The notes under the pieces are model-generated. The model was given only the letters and a program-made list of their open reading frames with translations. It was not told where the DNA came from and ran no database searches. The translations under genes and the position numbers were made by a program. Of a stretch of 64,000 bases of DNA, positions 61,791-64,000 are shown one piece after another. How positions within the stretch are numbered: the first letter of the stretch is position 1; every line of letters begins with the position of its first letter. Source of the DNA: Hydrolagus colliei (taxonomy: Eukaryota); the NCBI GenBank assembly GCA_035084275.1, contig CM068760.1, positions 2,542,001 through 2,606,000 of the forward strand, written 5' to 3'.

Positions 61791-64000
61791 GGGTTTGTTG
61801 ACCTGAACAGCAGGAGAAATTCACTTCAACACAAGAACGGCATTGAGTTCATGATCAATACTTCTACAATAAATAGACACTGTATTATAAAAATCAACTG
61901 AAGATACACTATAACCTAAAATAACCAGGATACAATGTATATTTGTGCACCAAAATTGTGTGCTCTAAAACCATACATGTTGATATATATGACATGTTAG
62001 GAGTGGAGATTGGAGTATCTAACCACGAGAAAATGTAAATTAGTATCAGGGTTAGAGAAAACACCAAGAAACCTGGACATTATAACAAGATACATCAAAG
62101 TCCATATATTACTACTGTGATTAAAAACTGAAAACCCTCAAAATTCACTAACAACTGCAGCCATAGGCTTCCGTGACCACAAATAAATATCATTTCATTT
62201 GTTTTGCGATCTTCTGCAACTAGAATAAGATCTGAAGAACATAGCTAAGCTCAAAGACAACTATTTTAAAAAAAATAAAGTATCTAAAATTAAAATATGG
62301 ACAGAGGACAATGAGGACATGGTGCCTTAATCCACATTTTTGTGATGGATCTATTAAACTCAAAGTGGAACAAACTAACACAGTTAATAGACAATTCACA
62401 TTTAATACCTACTATCCACAAAAGTTGCAAAAGTATTGTGGTTTGGTGATAAGCACACTGGAATGTAATGTCAAGAGTGCAACATGCAGATTTTTAAAGC
62501 CCAGGCCTAGGTTCAACACACCATTCTTGACTTCTCATTTTCCATCCTACGCTTGTCAATCTTGGCGAAATTGCATCCCTTCAATTTGGGATTGGTCAAT
62601 GTAAAAATATACTCAGCTCAAACACAACCACCGAGAACACATACAAAGCAAGGCCTCGTCAGATTCTTCATTAATTAGAAGACCGACACAAATAAAGTTA
62701 TGCCCAACCACTCTCACACATCTCTCAATAGCTAGTTCAGGAAGCCTGGGCATGTGGTGGCCTAAACGAAGCGTAAGTAAGAACCTAGACAGATAAGGGA
62801 AAGTTGAAAAAGTATGCTCAAAATAGTTTTGCTGGTGAGGAAAAAGAAAGTCTGTTAATAAGTATTACAAAATATCAACAGAATCCTCCTCCCTTGTTTA
62901 ACGGATATCCAAAGCCCTGTGTGCAGCAAATATGTTGGACTTGGGCCTAGAATAAGGCTGCGATGATTCAAGTGAACCAAAAATAAAAAAGGGAACAATG
63001 GAAGCAAAAAAAAATTTTTAACTTATATTAATCAATTATTTCAAATATGCTTATTGTGGTACAAAACTCTAGGATTTTTTTTAAAGCACCATTGATCAAA
63101 AATACTTCCAATTTATTCCATTGTCAATGCATTTTCTGTTGTACACCATCATTTTAAAAAAATACTACAAGGGGAATAAATAGGGAAACTCATTTGAAAT
63201 TATGCTTTCCACTAACCCTCGAAACAAAAGTGTCTTTAAATCGTTGGAACACACATCTTCAGAAATGAAATGATGCTCTCAGAAGATTCTACCCTTCTCA
63301 AAATGGAGCTGTAAATTCAAGCATTGTGGCATTTAATCAACACTAAAATGGCTGAGGAACCAGGCAAAAGAATTCACAGAAACCCTGTGCAAAAAAAAAC
63401 CCACCTGGGCACTGTAGTGTCACAAACTAACACTAAAGAGAGAGAAAAAAAACAGATCCTCGGTGGTATAATTTCAGGAGTCCAGACTTACTGGATGAGT
63501 CATCCAGGATTCACGACACAAGACTGAAAAGTGCAGGGTTTTCCAAGGCTCTGGGATGGTTCTCAAAAGGTGAAGCAGAACGTTTCACGGGAGGGGGGAG
63601 GGGGGGGGATATCTCAAAACGATTTAAACAATGTCCCGGCGAAACGAAACGTGTGGGGGCTGCCTCGACACTCAAGATGGGAACCGAATGGTGCACGACC
63701 AACAAGTTGTACAACAAGGTCTCAAAGTCCAGGCCAGCCCCAACAGCAAAAAGTTGTTGTGATAAATCAAAAGTCTGTCCGCAGGATTATTAATAAGTGT
63801 AATTTCCCGCAGCACTGCTACTCAGACACAAACTTGCTACTGTAGCAGCTGGAGTTGTCAATGCCTGTTCACACTGTCTTAGTTTCCCCCCCCAAACCAG
63901 CCAAAAAAAAATGTTTTTTTTCTAATCTATCCCTATATATATATATATATATAGGGATAGATTGTATGTATGTAGAGGAGAGAGTGAATGTATATTTAAC

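Noticed and set aside
52661-64000. HELZ upstream non-coding exons or promoter CpG island
   Set aside because: The acceptor at 52661 implies upstream exons, but none can be identified from sequence alone. There is only mild CpG enrichment near 63560-63710, which is not a convincing island.

Overview
Vertebrate genomic DNA, AT-rich and intron-dominated. The CR1/L2/Deu-type SINE landscape suggests a cartilaginous fish, possibly a holocephalan; this is inference only. The window holds the 5' two-thirds of HELZ (helicase with zinc finger, UPF1-like SF1 RNA helicase) on the minus strand. I traced 23 coding exons by hand from the ATG at 52642 down to 3532; all have GT-AG boundaries and consistent phases, except that the donor of exon 21 is inferred across a 167-nt N gap. 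They encode the CCCH finger, Walker [13 protein letters not shown] box, motif VI and the PAM2/LxxLAP motif. The 3' exons lie beyond the left edge, and I could not place the upstream non-coding exons or promoter. Introns carry a tRNA-derived SINE, L2 and CR1 3' fragments and two Tigger/pogo-type non-autonomous elements. I found no convincing novel multi-gene system. The best leads are: a ~60-nt hairpin-only L2-derived retroposon, a fold-back Tigger inside a three-layer nest, the in-frame exon-21 gap, a candidate truncating exon, and inverted SINEs around an in-frame exon pair. Repeat boundaries are approximate and family names come from recalled consensus features, not database searches.
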